DNA of 64,000 bases from Trichosphaerium sp. ATCC 40318 (taxonomy: Eukaryota > Protista > Tubulinea), in the NCBI GenBank assembly GCA_038496445.1, contig JALMLS010000631.1, positions 62,001-126,000 of the forward strand, read 5' to 3'. Below are positions 1 through 12,200 of the stretch, in pieces. Position 1 is the stretch's first letter, and each line of letters starts with the position of its first letter. Both the position numbers and the translations under genes were made by a program. The notes under the pieces were generated by a model, which was given only the letters and a program-made list of their open reading frames with translations, was not told where the DNA came from and made no database searches.

Positions 1-323
1 ACATCTCCACAATGGATAGTGCAAGCTGTAGTCAATCATCTCTCTGCTATTTGTTAAGCATTTCCACAGATGTTGTATTGGTTGTAGTTCCTTCTTCCAG
101 TACGTGTCGCTCTTGCAAAGCCTGTTGAAAGCTGTACTTACAAGCCACACACCTTGTACAAGGCTGGTTACATCGAGTTGCTCTGAAATTGCTTCCCATA
201 TCTCAATTGGTAGTTCTGGTTGTTTTAATGTCCTAGTGTGAAGCCTAAACGCACGTGTTAGCAACACTTCCGAGAATAGCCACACCGCTTTGTTGTAGAA
301 GCGCTCTTGAATTCATCTGACAT
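1..323 (-). CDS. F-box protein (5' part; runs off the left edge)
   Basis: Manual translation: ATG at 323, MSDEFKSASTTKR, intron, then TLKQPELPIEIWEAISEQLDVTSLVQGVWLVSTAFNRLCKSDTYWK, a typical F-box motif. Absent from the ORF track. Confidence 0.8.
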
Positions 324-471
324 GACTACTGGTTAAAGTACAGTGGTTATAGCTTACTTTTTAATAAGGATAGGACTTGTAAGCCGGATTAAGTTAGTAC
401 TTCATTGAAAGCATTGTTTTTTCTCCAGAGTGCCGCACGTAGATCAACTGGGTCAAATCGTATTTGTATGA

Positions 472-1841
472 ATGAAGCAACGTAGGCAGAAGCTACAGGA
501 TGCTCAAAGAGACTTCAATTCACTTCATGTTTGTGTAGACACTCTACAGTGTGCCATTCAAGGTAATTACGCGTAGGGAATCTATCTGAACCATCTAGGC
601 TGCGTTCCTTGTTGCTATAAAATTTTGGTTTACGCTAAAGAGCCATACGCTCGTAATCAGCGACCCGAGAGCTGTGCTCGTATAAAGAAGCAGAAATTAC
701 CAATTAATTCGCACAGAAGTACAAGTAGCCAAAAAACTACTATAACCGCATCGAAACAACGAATTGGGTTGTATTCAAACGGCCAGAGAATTTTGACAGT
801 TGGTGATGGAGATTTGTCGTTTAGTGCGTCTATTTCAACAATAAACTCAACACCAGGCCAACCAACAATGATAGCATCGTCATATCAAAGCAAGGCAGAG
901 GTACACGCACATTTTACATAATTCCTTCTGACACTTTGCAACAGGTAACTGCAACATTTAAAACAGGTGCTAATAACATCAAAATATTAAATGACAATAA
1001 CGTCCCAACATTTTTTAACTTGGATGCCACTGGTACGCAACAATCTCATTTGTACACAATTTAATTTAAGTGTGATTTCTCAACGTTATTACTAGTATTG
1101 GATAAAATAGAAGTTCTAAAGGGAAAGAAGTTTGATCGTATTTTATGGAATTTTCCTTGTATAGAGTCTAAGACAAAAGCTGATGGACAGAATGAAGATA
1201 TGGAAGCTAATAAGTCACTACTGCGTAGTTTTTTTATAACAGCACAAACTATTTTAGCAAAAGATGGTATGTATGAGACTTCTAATTCTTTCTAAAATCA
1301 CGTGGATTAAATTCTTTTTTTTTCGACTTTTAGGAGAAATACACATCAGTCATAAAACAAAACCACCATACTGTCACTGGGATATCACAGCGTTAGCTCG
1401 TGATTCAAATCTTAAGTGCTTGGGAAGGATTGTTTTTGATAGGTCGCTCTATAGAGGTACGGAAGATAGTTGTTTGTGGCAGACTGAGATTAATAAAAAA
1501 TAGGGTACCAAAATAGAAGAACAAACTTGGCTAGAAAGTTTCCATTGTGGGACGCTGAAACATTTGTTTTTAAACCATTGTCTAAAGAAACTACACTCAG
1601 TAATACTTTTACACAAGATTTTATAGTATCTCTGAGTAAAGACGTTCAAAAATGTGTAGCTGGTATGTAGTAGATATAAACTCTAGAGATTTTACTTATC
1701 TGGCTTGTAGATGTACTGATTCAAATCAAGAACAAGAAATTCGATGCAACAGCGTCTATAGCTAAATACAATAATATATCAAAGCGAAAACGGTATGCTT
1801 TAGAAGACAATATTTTTGCCGTTGGCAAATGTTTTGATTAA
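472..1841 (+). CDS. DUF2431 / BMT5-like 25S rRNA uridine-N3 methyltransferase (multi-exon; 3' end approximate)
   Basis: Exons contain RILTVGDGDLSFS (SAM-binding motif I), KFDRILWNFP and GEIHISHKTKPPYCHWDI, characteristic of DUF2431. Confidence 0.8.
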
Positions 1842-2339
1842 CATCCTTGTGTTAACCCTTTGAAATAGTACTGATCATGATGGCAAGCCACAAGCGAAAC
1901 GGTTTAAGAAAAAAACGTGATCCAGTGCACGTGGGAGTACAGAGATAATAGAATACGTGTTTCTGGCTGCGACTTAGAAGTGTATAATAAAGAATAGTCT
2001 CACTCAACTCAAGGGATTGATAGCATTTGGTTAAATTGTCCACATGCATTTTAGTAACAACACCTTGCAAAGACGTTGCTACAAGCTCTATGGGCCATCG
2101 AAGTTGCACGTGTACTATGCTACGTGAGCGCTAATGGTATCATTCGTGCGCTTATTGTAGTTTGCACAGTAATTTGGGCGAAGAAGCACTAAAACGAGAA
2201 GGACGTAGCGAAGTCACCATTACGCAACATTTAGATCGTAGCTGTGTACTATCTTCATTTGTAGAGTACATACAGCGCCGGAAAAAAAAACTGCAATAGC
2301 AGTCTTGTTCGTTCACACTCATAAAACAACTATCACAAC

Positions 2340-2938
2340 ATGCAAAGTAGCTTCCACTCTGAGAGGTACGTAAACCTTGCGTTGTACCAGTTTGTTTTGA
2401 TCTGTATTAACTGTGCATAGAACAGCAGACGGTTCCGTTGCCGTAAAAGTCACTGTACAAACCGGTTGGACTGCTGGTACGTTTCGGCAGTTGATCTTTA
2501 CCTAGCGAATAAAACGCTCTCTTTTGGACCAATTTAAGCGTAACCAGTTCTTACTCGCGAAATCCAACGCGCTGATCAGACTCTTACGCGCAAACTTTAT
2601 CATTTAAACCTCAAATGGCGTTATAACGTACTAAATGCTTGTAGGCTTTAACCAACAATGGATGCCTACCTCTACATACACCGTTGTAGTATCTGAGAAG
2701 GCACTCTTCAGCGAGCTAATGGACAAGCTTAAAGAGCAAACTGGTACGCTATTGCGATGTTGTACTTCTCTAACCGGCGAAACTAGGTCCTGTACTCGCA
2801 AAAAATGTTGACAAGATTTACGGTGTCGATAACTCAGGAAACAAAATCAAGTGTGAGCCAAGCAAAACAATTGGTGAAAACAGAATTACCCACGATCGTC
2901 AAATCAAATTGCGCTTCCCTAACAGCGTTGGTAACTAA
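2340..2938 (+). CDS. Small (~110 aa) 4-exon protein, probable ubiquitin-like beta-grasp fold
   Basis: GT-AG splicing gives MQSSFHSERTADGSVAVKVTVQTGWTAGFNQQWMPTSTYTVVVSEKALFSELMDKLKEQTGPVLAKNVDKIYGVDNSGNKIKCEPSKTIGENRITHDRQIKLRFPNSVGN*. Missed by the ORF track. Confidence 0.7.
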
Positions 2939-3125
2939 AAAACCCCCACGTAGTGAGGAATACAGCACATAAAAAGTGCGGTTAAATACACGTAGTGTTA
3001 ATTAAATAAAATTACTTGTAGTAATCCTACCCATTTTTGTCAAGGCACTTCTTTCATTTTATTCTCCCGCACACCCATTTTTCAAAGCATCAATCACATC
3101 TCATTTCCAATTTGTACTGCCTGAG

Positions 3126-5560
3126 ATGGATGACGTTGATGTTAGAAGGGTACAAAAAAAATACCAAAAAAAATGTTCATGAAGATGTTTAATGGCCCTG
3201 TAGATGCTCGATGACATAGATAACCTCCTCGATGACTTCGATGAGCCTATTGAATATATTGAGGATGTACCACCAATTGAATTGGATAGCACGTTCGCGG
3301 ACGTAGCTAAAACTGAAAGAGATGATTTAAAATTGCAATTGAAAGTAAGTCTGTTTTATATTGCGTCTATTGATGTATTATAGGCACAACTCGCCAACAA
3401 CGACAACCTACCAATCCAAGGTGCTGAAATTTCCGTTCCGTTGCGCAAACGCGCGAAAGTACGGTTTTCCAGACGCAATCAAAAATAAATACAATTCTAG
3501 GCAGTTGAACGACGATCTCCGCGATCATCAGTGCACTCTACAACGCCCACAAACCGTAAATCACAAAAGGAAGAGGCATGTACATTTGCGGAATGTCAAA
3601 TTGTACAATTGACGAATTTCGTAGAATGCAGCAGAAGCCTTACGGGCGATAGATGGCGCGAATTCAAGCTCTACATCTTCAACGCGTTCGAGTACAAGAT
3701 CGAGTGTTCGGTTATCACTTACGCTATCGAATACACCACCATCAAAGGTGACGGTTTTAATTTTCACGTGCTGGTTTTTAAATTTTCCATCCAGGTACCA
3801 AAAGCGAAGGACGGCAAATTGGTGTACAAAGAAGTACCATTTTCTAATGGCGACGTGTATAAAGGTACCCTACAGCGTATTGCAATGATTGACTGGTAAA
3901 AAAGGGCAATATAATTACAGAAATAGTAAACGAGGCGGATTTGGTACTTACTTCCACAGTAATGGCGACATGTACGAAAAATTCTTCGATTTAATTTTGT
4001 TTTTTCAAATATTTTCCTTGGATGATCAACTTTTGGCTCTGTAGCATAGTGGTTATTGCACCTGCTTCGTAAGCAGGGGGTCGTGGGTTCGACTCCCACC
4101 AGTGCCTTTTTTTGCATCTTTTTGTTGCTTATTTATGTTTAGGTATGAAGGCGAATACGTAAACGGGAAATCAACTGGCAAAGGAGTGTATACTTTTTTC
4201 AATGGCGCAACTTACACAGGAGACTTTGTTGATGGCAAATTTCACGGCGAGGGAATTAGAATGACACCGAGTGGTGAGAATTACAAAGGTAGCTTCCGAA
4301 ACGACAAATACAATGGAAAGGGTACTATTACGCACAGTAATGGAGATGTTTATGAAGGTGTGTTACTTTTTAATTCAAAATTAATTGTTGCATTTCTAAC
4401 GTACTCTCTTCTTAGGTTACTGGTGTGATGGTATGCGTCATGGTAGAGGAACATTACGTGCTGCAACTGGAAGTGTATTTATCGGTGATTGGGCGTATGG
4501 TAAAATACAAGGCCACGGAAAACAGCAATTGCCATCAGGTATGTTTAAATCACACTTGTCACTTAGTTTCAATTTTATTTACTAAAAACTGAGTTGTAGG
4601 CGATATTTATGTTGGTCAGTTTAGGAATAATAGTGCTGATGGTCAGGGTAAAGCAACATTCGCTGGTACTCTCTTTAAGTGGTGAATCACATTCAGTTGT
4701 ATTGACTCGCTTTTCTTTTTGATAGATGGCTCTACATTTGAAGGAGCGTTCAAAGAAGCTAAATTCCATGGTTGGGGAAAGCGTACCTACGCTAATGGTG
4801 ACTTATATGCTGGTAATTTCAAAGAGGGGTTGAAATGTGGTCACGGTGTCTATACGTACAGTGACGGTTCTAAATTCGAAGGTGAATATGCGAATGACGT
4901 AAAATGTGGCGTTGGAAAATACACGTACGCTTCTTGTTTTTTTTTCTTAATAAATTCCGGTTTAGTCATCTTTGAAACTAACAAACGTATTTTCAGGTAT
5001 GCATCTGGTGATATGCATGAAGGTTATTATAAAAATAATAAACCTAATGGTGAGGGTAAATACACATTTGCGAATGGAGATGTTTATGAGGGATCATTTT
5101 TAAATGGAGATTTTCATGGTGAAGGTTGTTACAGGGTGCGTTTCTTTTTTTTTTTTCATGCAGGATTGGATGTTTTATACTCGTTTTAGGACGTCTCAGG
5201 TGGTGTTTACAAAGGTCAATTTGATAAAGGATTGAAACAAGGTTTAGGAAGATGGAGGTCATCAAGTGGTGCTCGGTATACTGTGCGTTAAAAACAGATT
5301 AGAAATTCAGAGAAAAAAAGTTAACTTACTTTTTTCAAGGGAACTTTTTCTGAAGGAAAAATGCATGGTAAAGGAACTTACGTTTATGCAAGTGGATCCA
5401 CCTATGAGGTATGTATTATAACGTAAACAAGTGCTTCATACTTATGATACTGTAGGGTGATATGAAAGACAGTAAGCCTAACGGTACTGGGAAATTCACA
5501 AGCAACAAAGGGTTTGTTGTTCATGAGGGACAATTTAAAGACGGTCAACCTAAAACTTAA
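3126..5560 (+). CDS. MORN-repeat protein (many tandem MORN repeats, acidic N-terminus)
   Basis: Repeated YEGEYVNGKSTGKGVYTFFNGATY-type 23-aa units across exons from about 3800 to 5560. Confidence 0.9.
4035..4107 (+). tRNA. tRNA-Thr (anticodon CGT), inside an intron of the MORN gene
   Basis: Cloverleaf: acceptor GGCTCTG/CAGTGCC, D-loop AGTGGTT, anticodon arm CCTGC-TTCGTAA-GCAGG, T-arm GTGGG-TTCGACT-CCCAC, then an oligo-T Pol III terminator. Confidence 0.95.
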
Positions 5561-5939
5561 CAAAAATTTGAGAGTGTTAGAATTGGTTCCCTCTTTCTTT
5601 CCTCCTCCCTCTGTCCTATTCTTATTTCACCTTGTACATTCAGATTTCACCATAGCTTCTTTTTTCAAAAAAGAGGTCACCCCGCGATGTACAGTCACTA
5701 CTTTAGCGTACAGGTAAAGAAAAAACACTTTCAGATATTCTTCTTTTTTTTGTTGTCAGTGACAAAAAAAACCAAACAGATGATTATTTGTGTGCTTGAT
5801 GGGTTCTGTATGTTATTCCAGCTCTTTATACTTTTTGTGTAACAATATTTGGTACCAGAAAATAAATAACACATGTAAGAACTAACGCATCACGTTTATT
5901 GAAAAAACCTACAACGAGACCATAAATGATTGTAGTATA

Positions 5940-8803
5940 AATCTTTATTCTATTGATACTTTCTTTGATTTGCTTGCATAAACTCAACTTCAATAATAAC
6001 TAATCCTTTATTTGTTTGTTATCTTGTTTATTTTTGTTAGTAGTTGTATACTACACTAGTTTCGTTTGATTAAACAATAGTACTAAAACACAACCAATAT
6101 GTCAAAGCTAATACTTGACGCAAAAATAAATGAACAAGTGCTGTATTACATTCAACACAATCCCTCTTGTAAGAATAAAATACTCCTTTCAACAAATCTT
6201 GTCTGACTTGCAACATTTTCGTTATATTTGGTTCCTAGAGACAACAATTAGCCCGACCAAGTAACGGAGTAAAACCAAAATGGGTAGACCAAAAACTTGC
6301 CCAAAGACATAAGCTGTTTTTTAGTAAATTGCTTCACAGACATGTCGTAAGCGAGGAACTGTTCAAGTGCTGTGGTATCATCCATCCCTTTCAATGTACT
6401 TATAAGCTTTTCTTTAGAACTACGAAGTTTCTTAGCAGCTAAAAACACTTGTCAGTCAAATGAACAACAACAGAAAAAAACTAAGAAAAAAACCCACTAT
6501 CTCAACTTACCACGACTGCAAGGAGTCAAGCTCGAGTCTAAGGATTTTCTTTTAGGCCTAACAGACGCTATATGCAAATGAATAACCTAAATATCTTAAT
6601 GGGTAACTGGCGTACCTAGTAAGTCTACATCATTGGAAACTTGGATATTCTCAAAGGATAATTGCACTAAATAGCTGGTAACAAAAATAGAAAAAAAAGT
6701 AAGTTGTACTAGGTTCAATGCCATTAGTTTTTTCGGTGTTTGAGTTTTTTTGCATGCTACACGGACTATCAATAGGTGGGCTTTCAGGCTCTTCTAGATC
6801 AATTTCGTTGCTTAGCATTTCCTTTAAACTAGAGCCACGAGCTTCTTCAGGTTCATCACCTTCTTCAGATACACATAAATCAGATATCTCATCTTCTAGG
6901 CAGGAATAAGATAATATCTCAGCCTAAAAAATAGTAAATGTTTACCTTCAATTTGTTGCTTATTCTCTTCGTATGATATAGCTTTATTTCCAACCAAAAT
7001 ATCGCCATCGTCGCCACTGGATTCCCACGAATTGTTTATGTACGGTAAAACTTTAGTATGTAGAGTAGTAATCGCTAGTTTATGAGTGTCAATGGAGCTA
7101 GAAGAAACATTGATCGGACGTACCATCCTTGATATCAGCAAATCTCACGCTGACAAGATTGTCATCAAGAGATTGGCATCCTGCCGGTAGCCTCCTTTTA
7201 GAAGGTCTAACGGACAATGTGAGTACTGATCCAGTCGCTACGTGTAAACATTAGAACAACAGCTCATTTCTCACAATCAACGTACCGCAAGCTTCGTTTA
7301 TCATATTGTACTTCACGAAAAGTACTTCGTCGATTGTAGGCTTTAGTTCTATGTCGACACCGTCTTTTCCAAAGTCAGCCCACAACGTATTGTTGCTAGC
7401 AACAAAAGTAACGTTGTTTATCTCTACTTGTTCCAAGATCAGAGAGTAGATTCTTCAAATGTTTAGTTCAAGCACTGTAGATGTATGTGGTGCGTACTTG
7501 CGAGGTTCCTGCATTTCATTGACCTTGTTCAGAAATGCTTTACTCGTCTACGGTGTATGTTAGAACGTAAGGCATGGTATACATCTAATAATACTGTGCG
7601 TACTGTTGCGTAGTTTGAAGCTTCCACTTTCTGAAAAAGTTTTTGAAGTTCTTTACTTGTGAATAATAGCTTGCTCATCTTCATTATTGACCCTTAAACA
7701 AACCGTGTTACTGTGCAACTACGCAAACGGCAAGTGTCAATACCTTTTGTCAACCGGAACAAAATGGAGAATAGGGAACTCTACAAAAACTATAAATGCC
7801 AATAATGATGATGCTCTCTGGACGCACTTGAACGAAGGAATCTAAAAAACAAAGAGTCAATTCTCAAAACACTATTAAAACTTGACTACGTACTACCACA
7901 TTCCATCATTATTTTGGCCGTTTCTTTTCTGACTACGTGAAGGACAAATAAAACAAGAAAACAAACATTAACTCAAAGTGATTTGAGCGGATACAATTTA
8001 ACCTTGAAATCAGGACTTTGTTTTATGATCCTTAGATGACTGTTACTCAAATCTACACATTGTTACAGTACCTTTGGTTAGCAGCGTGCCTAGGAATATA
8101 AGTTTGGTAGCCGCAGTGAAAGAGTTTACTTAGCGAGTAGAACATTCAAGCACTCTACAATATCTGTAATGCGAGGCTGCTCTATATCATTTGATATCGC
8201 AGAGAACAGCTCTAATACGAAAGCTTTACCGGTCATTGTCTTGCCTAAAGCACGTAAACACATAGTATATTATCATAGCACATACCTTCTGTAGTTTCGG
8301 AGAACGCAAAGAGGATACTAAAAAGTGCGCGTAAACTCTTGTTCATGGCGGGTTGCAAGCGCTCCTTGAATACACATGCTAAGTAGCCAAGTGTCAGCTA
8401 GTATTTATGCTATCTTTAAACGTATTGTTTTGGCAGCGTGGTTATTCAGGAGAATCTGTTTGGATGATCTGAGGATGTTAGCATCTGCGTCTTAGCTACT
8501 GGTTACATACGCATCTTCTACGCAATAGCGCAACAGGACAATTACGTCTTCCACTACTTGTTTACTTCCTTGTTTCAATTCCTTACTATGTGAGTCAGTA
8601 AGACGCGAAGTAATGGTACCCTGGTAAGCACTGTCAGAAGCTTTTTAGCAGTCTTTTTGTCAAGCAGCTTGCTTTGTCTTTGCTTCGAAGGATTATTGCG
8701 CCATTTGCGAAGCGTCTTGGCTATTGATCTGCGCGGCGAGCTTAGAACTTCAGCAATCTAAGTAGTGTGAACAAAAGTAGTAGAAAATTCCTACCGTTGT
8801 CAT
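5940..8803 (-). CDS. SYCP2/Red1/ASY3-like meiotic axis protein (ARM-like plus PH-like N-terminus); 3' end approximate
   Basis: Spliced exons give MMECGNSFVQSSLFSILFRLTKGSIMKMSKLLFTSKELQKLFQKVEASNYATTSKAFLNKVNEMQEPRKIYSL...LWADFG, which parallels the conserved SYCP2 ARM/PH junction. A low-complexity middle region follows. Confidence 0.55.
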
Positions 8804-8950
8804 CTTGTGTAATACAAAACGTGCTTATCTCGCTTAGACTGCAAATTTCACTTAAAACAATAAAGTTGCTAAAAACCAAAACACTTTTTTACGAACAGAA
8901 TTTATTGTGTAGCGCCGCTCTATAAAATTGTAGGCGCAGACTGAGCATAA

Positions 8951-9176
8951 GCGACATCAGTCATTCGTCCGTAAATGTCGTCAGAGTGCCATATAGAAAA
9001 GCAGCTGCGACACATGTAGTTCTACTACCGAGCGTGTTGTAGGCATCGGTGTTTCCGACTTTATAGCTTGTTGTAAGCCGTATACCCACAATTGGCAGTA
9101 CGACTACTGAGATACGGTTTAGTGGCCCGATAGCCATAGCCGCTTCTGGACACGAGGAGTTGAGGGACCATTTTTG
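8951..9176 (+). ncRNA. Candidate structured non-coding RNA, family unknown
   Basis: GC-richer intergenic block with at least six stems, five with G-U pairs that work only on the + strand. TATAAAA at 8921 upstream; ATTTTTG at 9170-9176. Confidence 0.4.
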
Positions 9177-9200
9177 ATCTAAAAAAAATTGCAACGTGAC

Positions 9201-12200
9201 TTAACGTGGCGGTTGTCCTCGGTTACCAGGTGGAGGCATCCAGCTGTAGCCCTGATGACCCGAGTAATCATAACCATCATAACTTGGGGAAACACCCATT
9301 GGTGCGCCATTGTAGTCATAAGGACTATTCCCTAAGCAAACTATTAAAACTTTGTCACGTTCATGAGTCTGTATCTTACCATAGGAACCAACGTTATGGT
9401 ACTGTTGATTAGTCCAAGAGCTACCTCCGTTATCATGCCACGAGTTATTTCCATGCCATGAATTAGCATGCCAAGAGTTAGACTGCCGTTGTTGTTCGTT
9501 AGGCACATTGACAGGGATACTAATGCTGCCCGTATCCGTATATCTATAGGAGGTTAGTCACTTCATTTACAATACAACCATGCCTTGGAGGAGCTGGCAT
9601 AGTTACTCTTTGTTCTCTCTCATCCACATCGGGTAGTTGGTTACTGTGTACGCTTCCACGGCGGGCACGTTGTTGAGATGATTCTCGCCTTTTAAGTGAT
9701 AAGTAATAAGTCATAAAATAGTTAAAGAGTTTGAAAATAAATACCTTCCATGTTGGCTTTGAACCTTGAACGAGTAACTTCTAGATCGTGTTCCTTGGTT
9801 TTTAGTGTTGTGTCTTCCACCAACAGAATTACGGCGGTGGTGAGTATTAGAACCTCTTGTGTTGCTTTGAACATGACGATTGTCACGTGACTCTCTTCTG
9901 TTGGATTGAGGGTGACGGTAATCCATGTCCTAATAATTTATAAATTTTTTTAAATCGTTACACCAGTAAACGCACCATAGAGGAACTAGAGTCACCGCTA
10001 GAATTTGAAATTTTTAGTGACTGGAAACTCTCTTGTAACCCTGAATCATTGTTTGTAGTTGTTGACTGGCCGCTAGAAGATCCAGATAATAAGTCCTCCT
10101 CACAAAAATCTGGATTCCAGTCTCCTATATCCCCTGCAGCTAGAGGCGCTGCTTCTGGAGCCTTTAAAAATATTAGCTCGAAAACACCTCACGAGCAAGC
10201 TTGGCGTACATCGTCAGGAGATAATGTTGTATTACGCTTTTTTCCTGCATCGGCTTTATGCTTTGCTCCACCTGGTGAGACATTTACAGTCGTATGTGTA
10301 TTATCTCTATTGCCTTCCCTTTTCAAACCTCCTGGTGGAACATTTGGTGAGTTACTCTTTTTCCCTTTTTGTTCACCACGTTTTCTCCCGCTTGTTTGTG
10401 TATTTGTTGTTCGTGGACCTTTTTGCCCTTTACGTTTTTTTTGCTGTTTTTGTGATTTTCTGTTATTTTTTTTCTTACCTTGTGCAGGTGAAGACTTTCG
10501 CCTTAAAGAATGATCAGTTGAAAACTACCAACAAATTTTTTGGTGTGGGGTTTTTAGCGGAGCGTACCGATTTTTGTTTCTATAAATATTAGTGTTATAT
10601 ACCGCCTTTGGACCCACAGATGGTGAAGTTAAACTGTAACTGCGTTTCTTACGCACGGGTTGCTGCTGTTGATGTGATTGCTGTTGCATACCATAACCCA
10701 TATCCCTGCCATATTGTAACGCGTGATTACCGTGCGTTGGCATTGCGTAAGCTTTTGGTAAAATCAATATAAAATTAGCAATTACTCCACAAGCGTACCT
10801 TGTGGCGGAGGATATCCCTGTGACCAAGCTGCTTGCTGTTGGTGATAGTAATATGCTTGCTATTTTTGTTTAGACCAAAAAGAAAAGCAAACAAAAAAAA
10901 AGCTTACCTGCTGTTGTTGGCCATTAAAATTAGGAGGTAATGGAGGTAATGGTACAGGCCTCGGTGGCGGTGGGCCATTGGGTAGTGGTTGCCCAGTAAT
11001 GAATGGATGGGCCAATAATTGATCAGCTGTCCACCGTTGTCTAGGATCCCAACAAAGCATAACCTTTACAAATTTAATTAAATCAGCGAACAACGGGTTA
11101 ATAGGCTCCTGTAGGCATCCACCTGGTGAGCTACACAAGCCCTTTATGTGACACGTGGCAGTTCCACACCAAAACACAAAAACGTACCGAAAGCATATCC
11201 AAGAATGTAGACCTCAGTTCCTTTTCGTCTTCTACCTCTTGCATTACCATGCCTTCTCGATACGCATAACTAAATATTATATCCTTTAAATCCTTGCTCC
11301 TGAAGTAATCTCTATATTCTGGAGCGTTTTGTTTTATAGAATTATCATGCTTCCATTGAGCGTCTGTCTTTAGACGCGTATTGCTATCAAAATGGTTCAA
11401 TACTTTATTACCGCGCTCTAAAATATGGCGAGGAGGAGGTCTAAGACTCATTAGCACAAACGACGAATTAGCAAAGCGAAAAATTTGTTTCTGTGAATAG
11501 CCAGCAAAATAGACCAGCCGTAGTTCCCAAAGATTGCGTGATAAATTTAATCTCTTTGCTCAAGTACCCTAATATTTCTATAAACCTCTGTAACATCCTA
11601 TGTTCATTCTGTCCAGGAAATAATGGAAGACCATAGAACAATTCAAACATTATACAGCCCAAAGACCAAATATCTAAAGCTCTATTACTTTCTCTGCAAC
11701 TAGACATACTCGTCATGTATTTACGCACCAATAGGAACATAATAGCCTGAACCAAGTATAACTTCAGGTGATCTATAAAACCGGGATTGAATGTAGGAGT
11801 AACTAAAGCGCCGATAAGTGAACAAAAATCGTATACCCAAACAAAACGCCATTTCACCAAAGTGACGTTTTTCGGCAGTTTTGGAAGCTTTGAGGATTTA
11901 ATAATAACTTACGGTGCACGGAAGCTATAACAAGCAGATCCAAAGTCAATCACCTTGAGTCTTGTCCCATTACTACACTGATCAGCGCCAATATCCTGAA
12001 AATATTTTGAAAAAGTAGTACCTAACAAGTAGTATATTCTCCGGTTTTAGATCACAATGTATCACGTGAACTTCGCGTAGTGCTACGAGTGCTAGTTGAA
12101 AAAAATTTAATATAAAATTACTACGGCGTAGAGTACATTTGAGGAGTTGTCGTGTGAAGTGGCGAATTAATTTCAAGGAGAAGCCCTTGTGATTATTTGA

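Noticed and set aside
1852-2109. 85-aa minus-strand ORF between the BMT5-like and UBL genes
   Set aside because: It has no ATG start in good context and no recognisable motif or splice pattern; treated as intergenic.
10049-10592. Hydrophobic plus-strand ORFs (and similar ones at 28050, 47623, 60676)
   Set aside because: They are antisense shadows of K/R/Q-rich exons on the minus strand.
11670-11740. Apparent non-canonical intron in YAK1 subdomain VIII-IX
   Set aside because: It resolves as a normal GT-AG intron giving [14 protein letters not shown].
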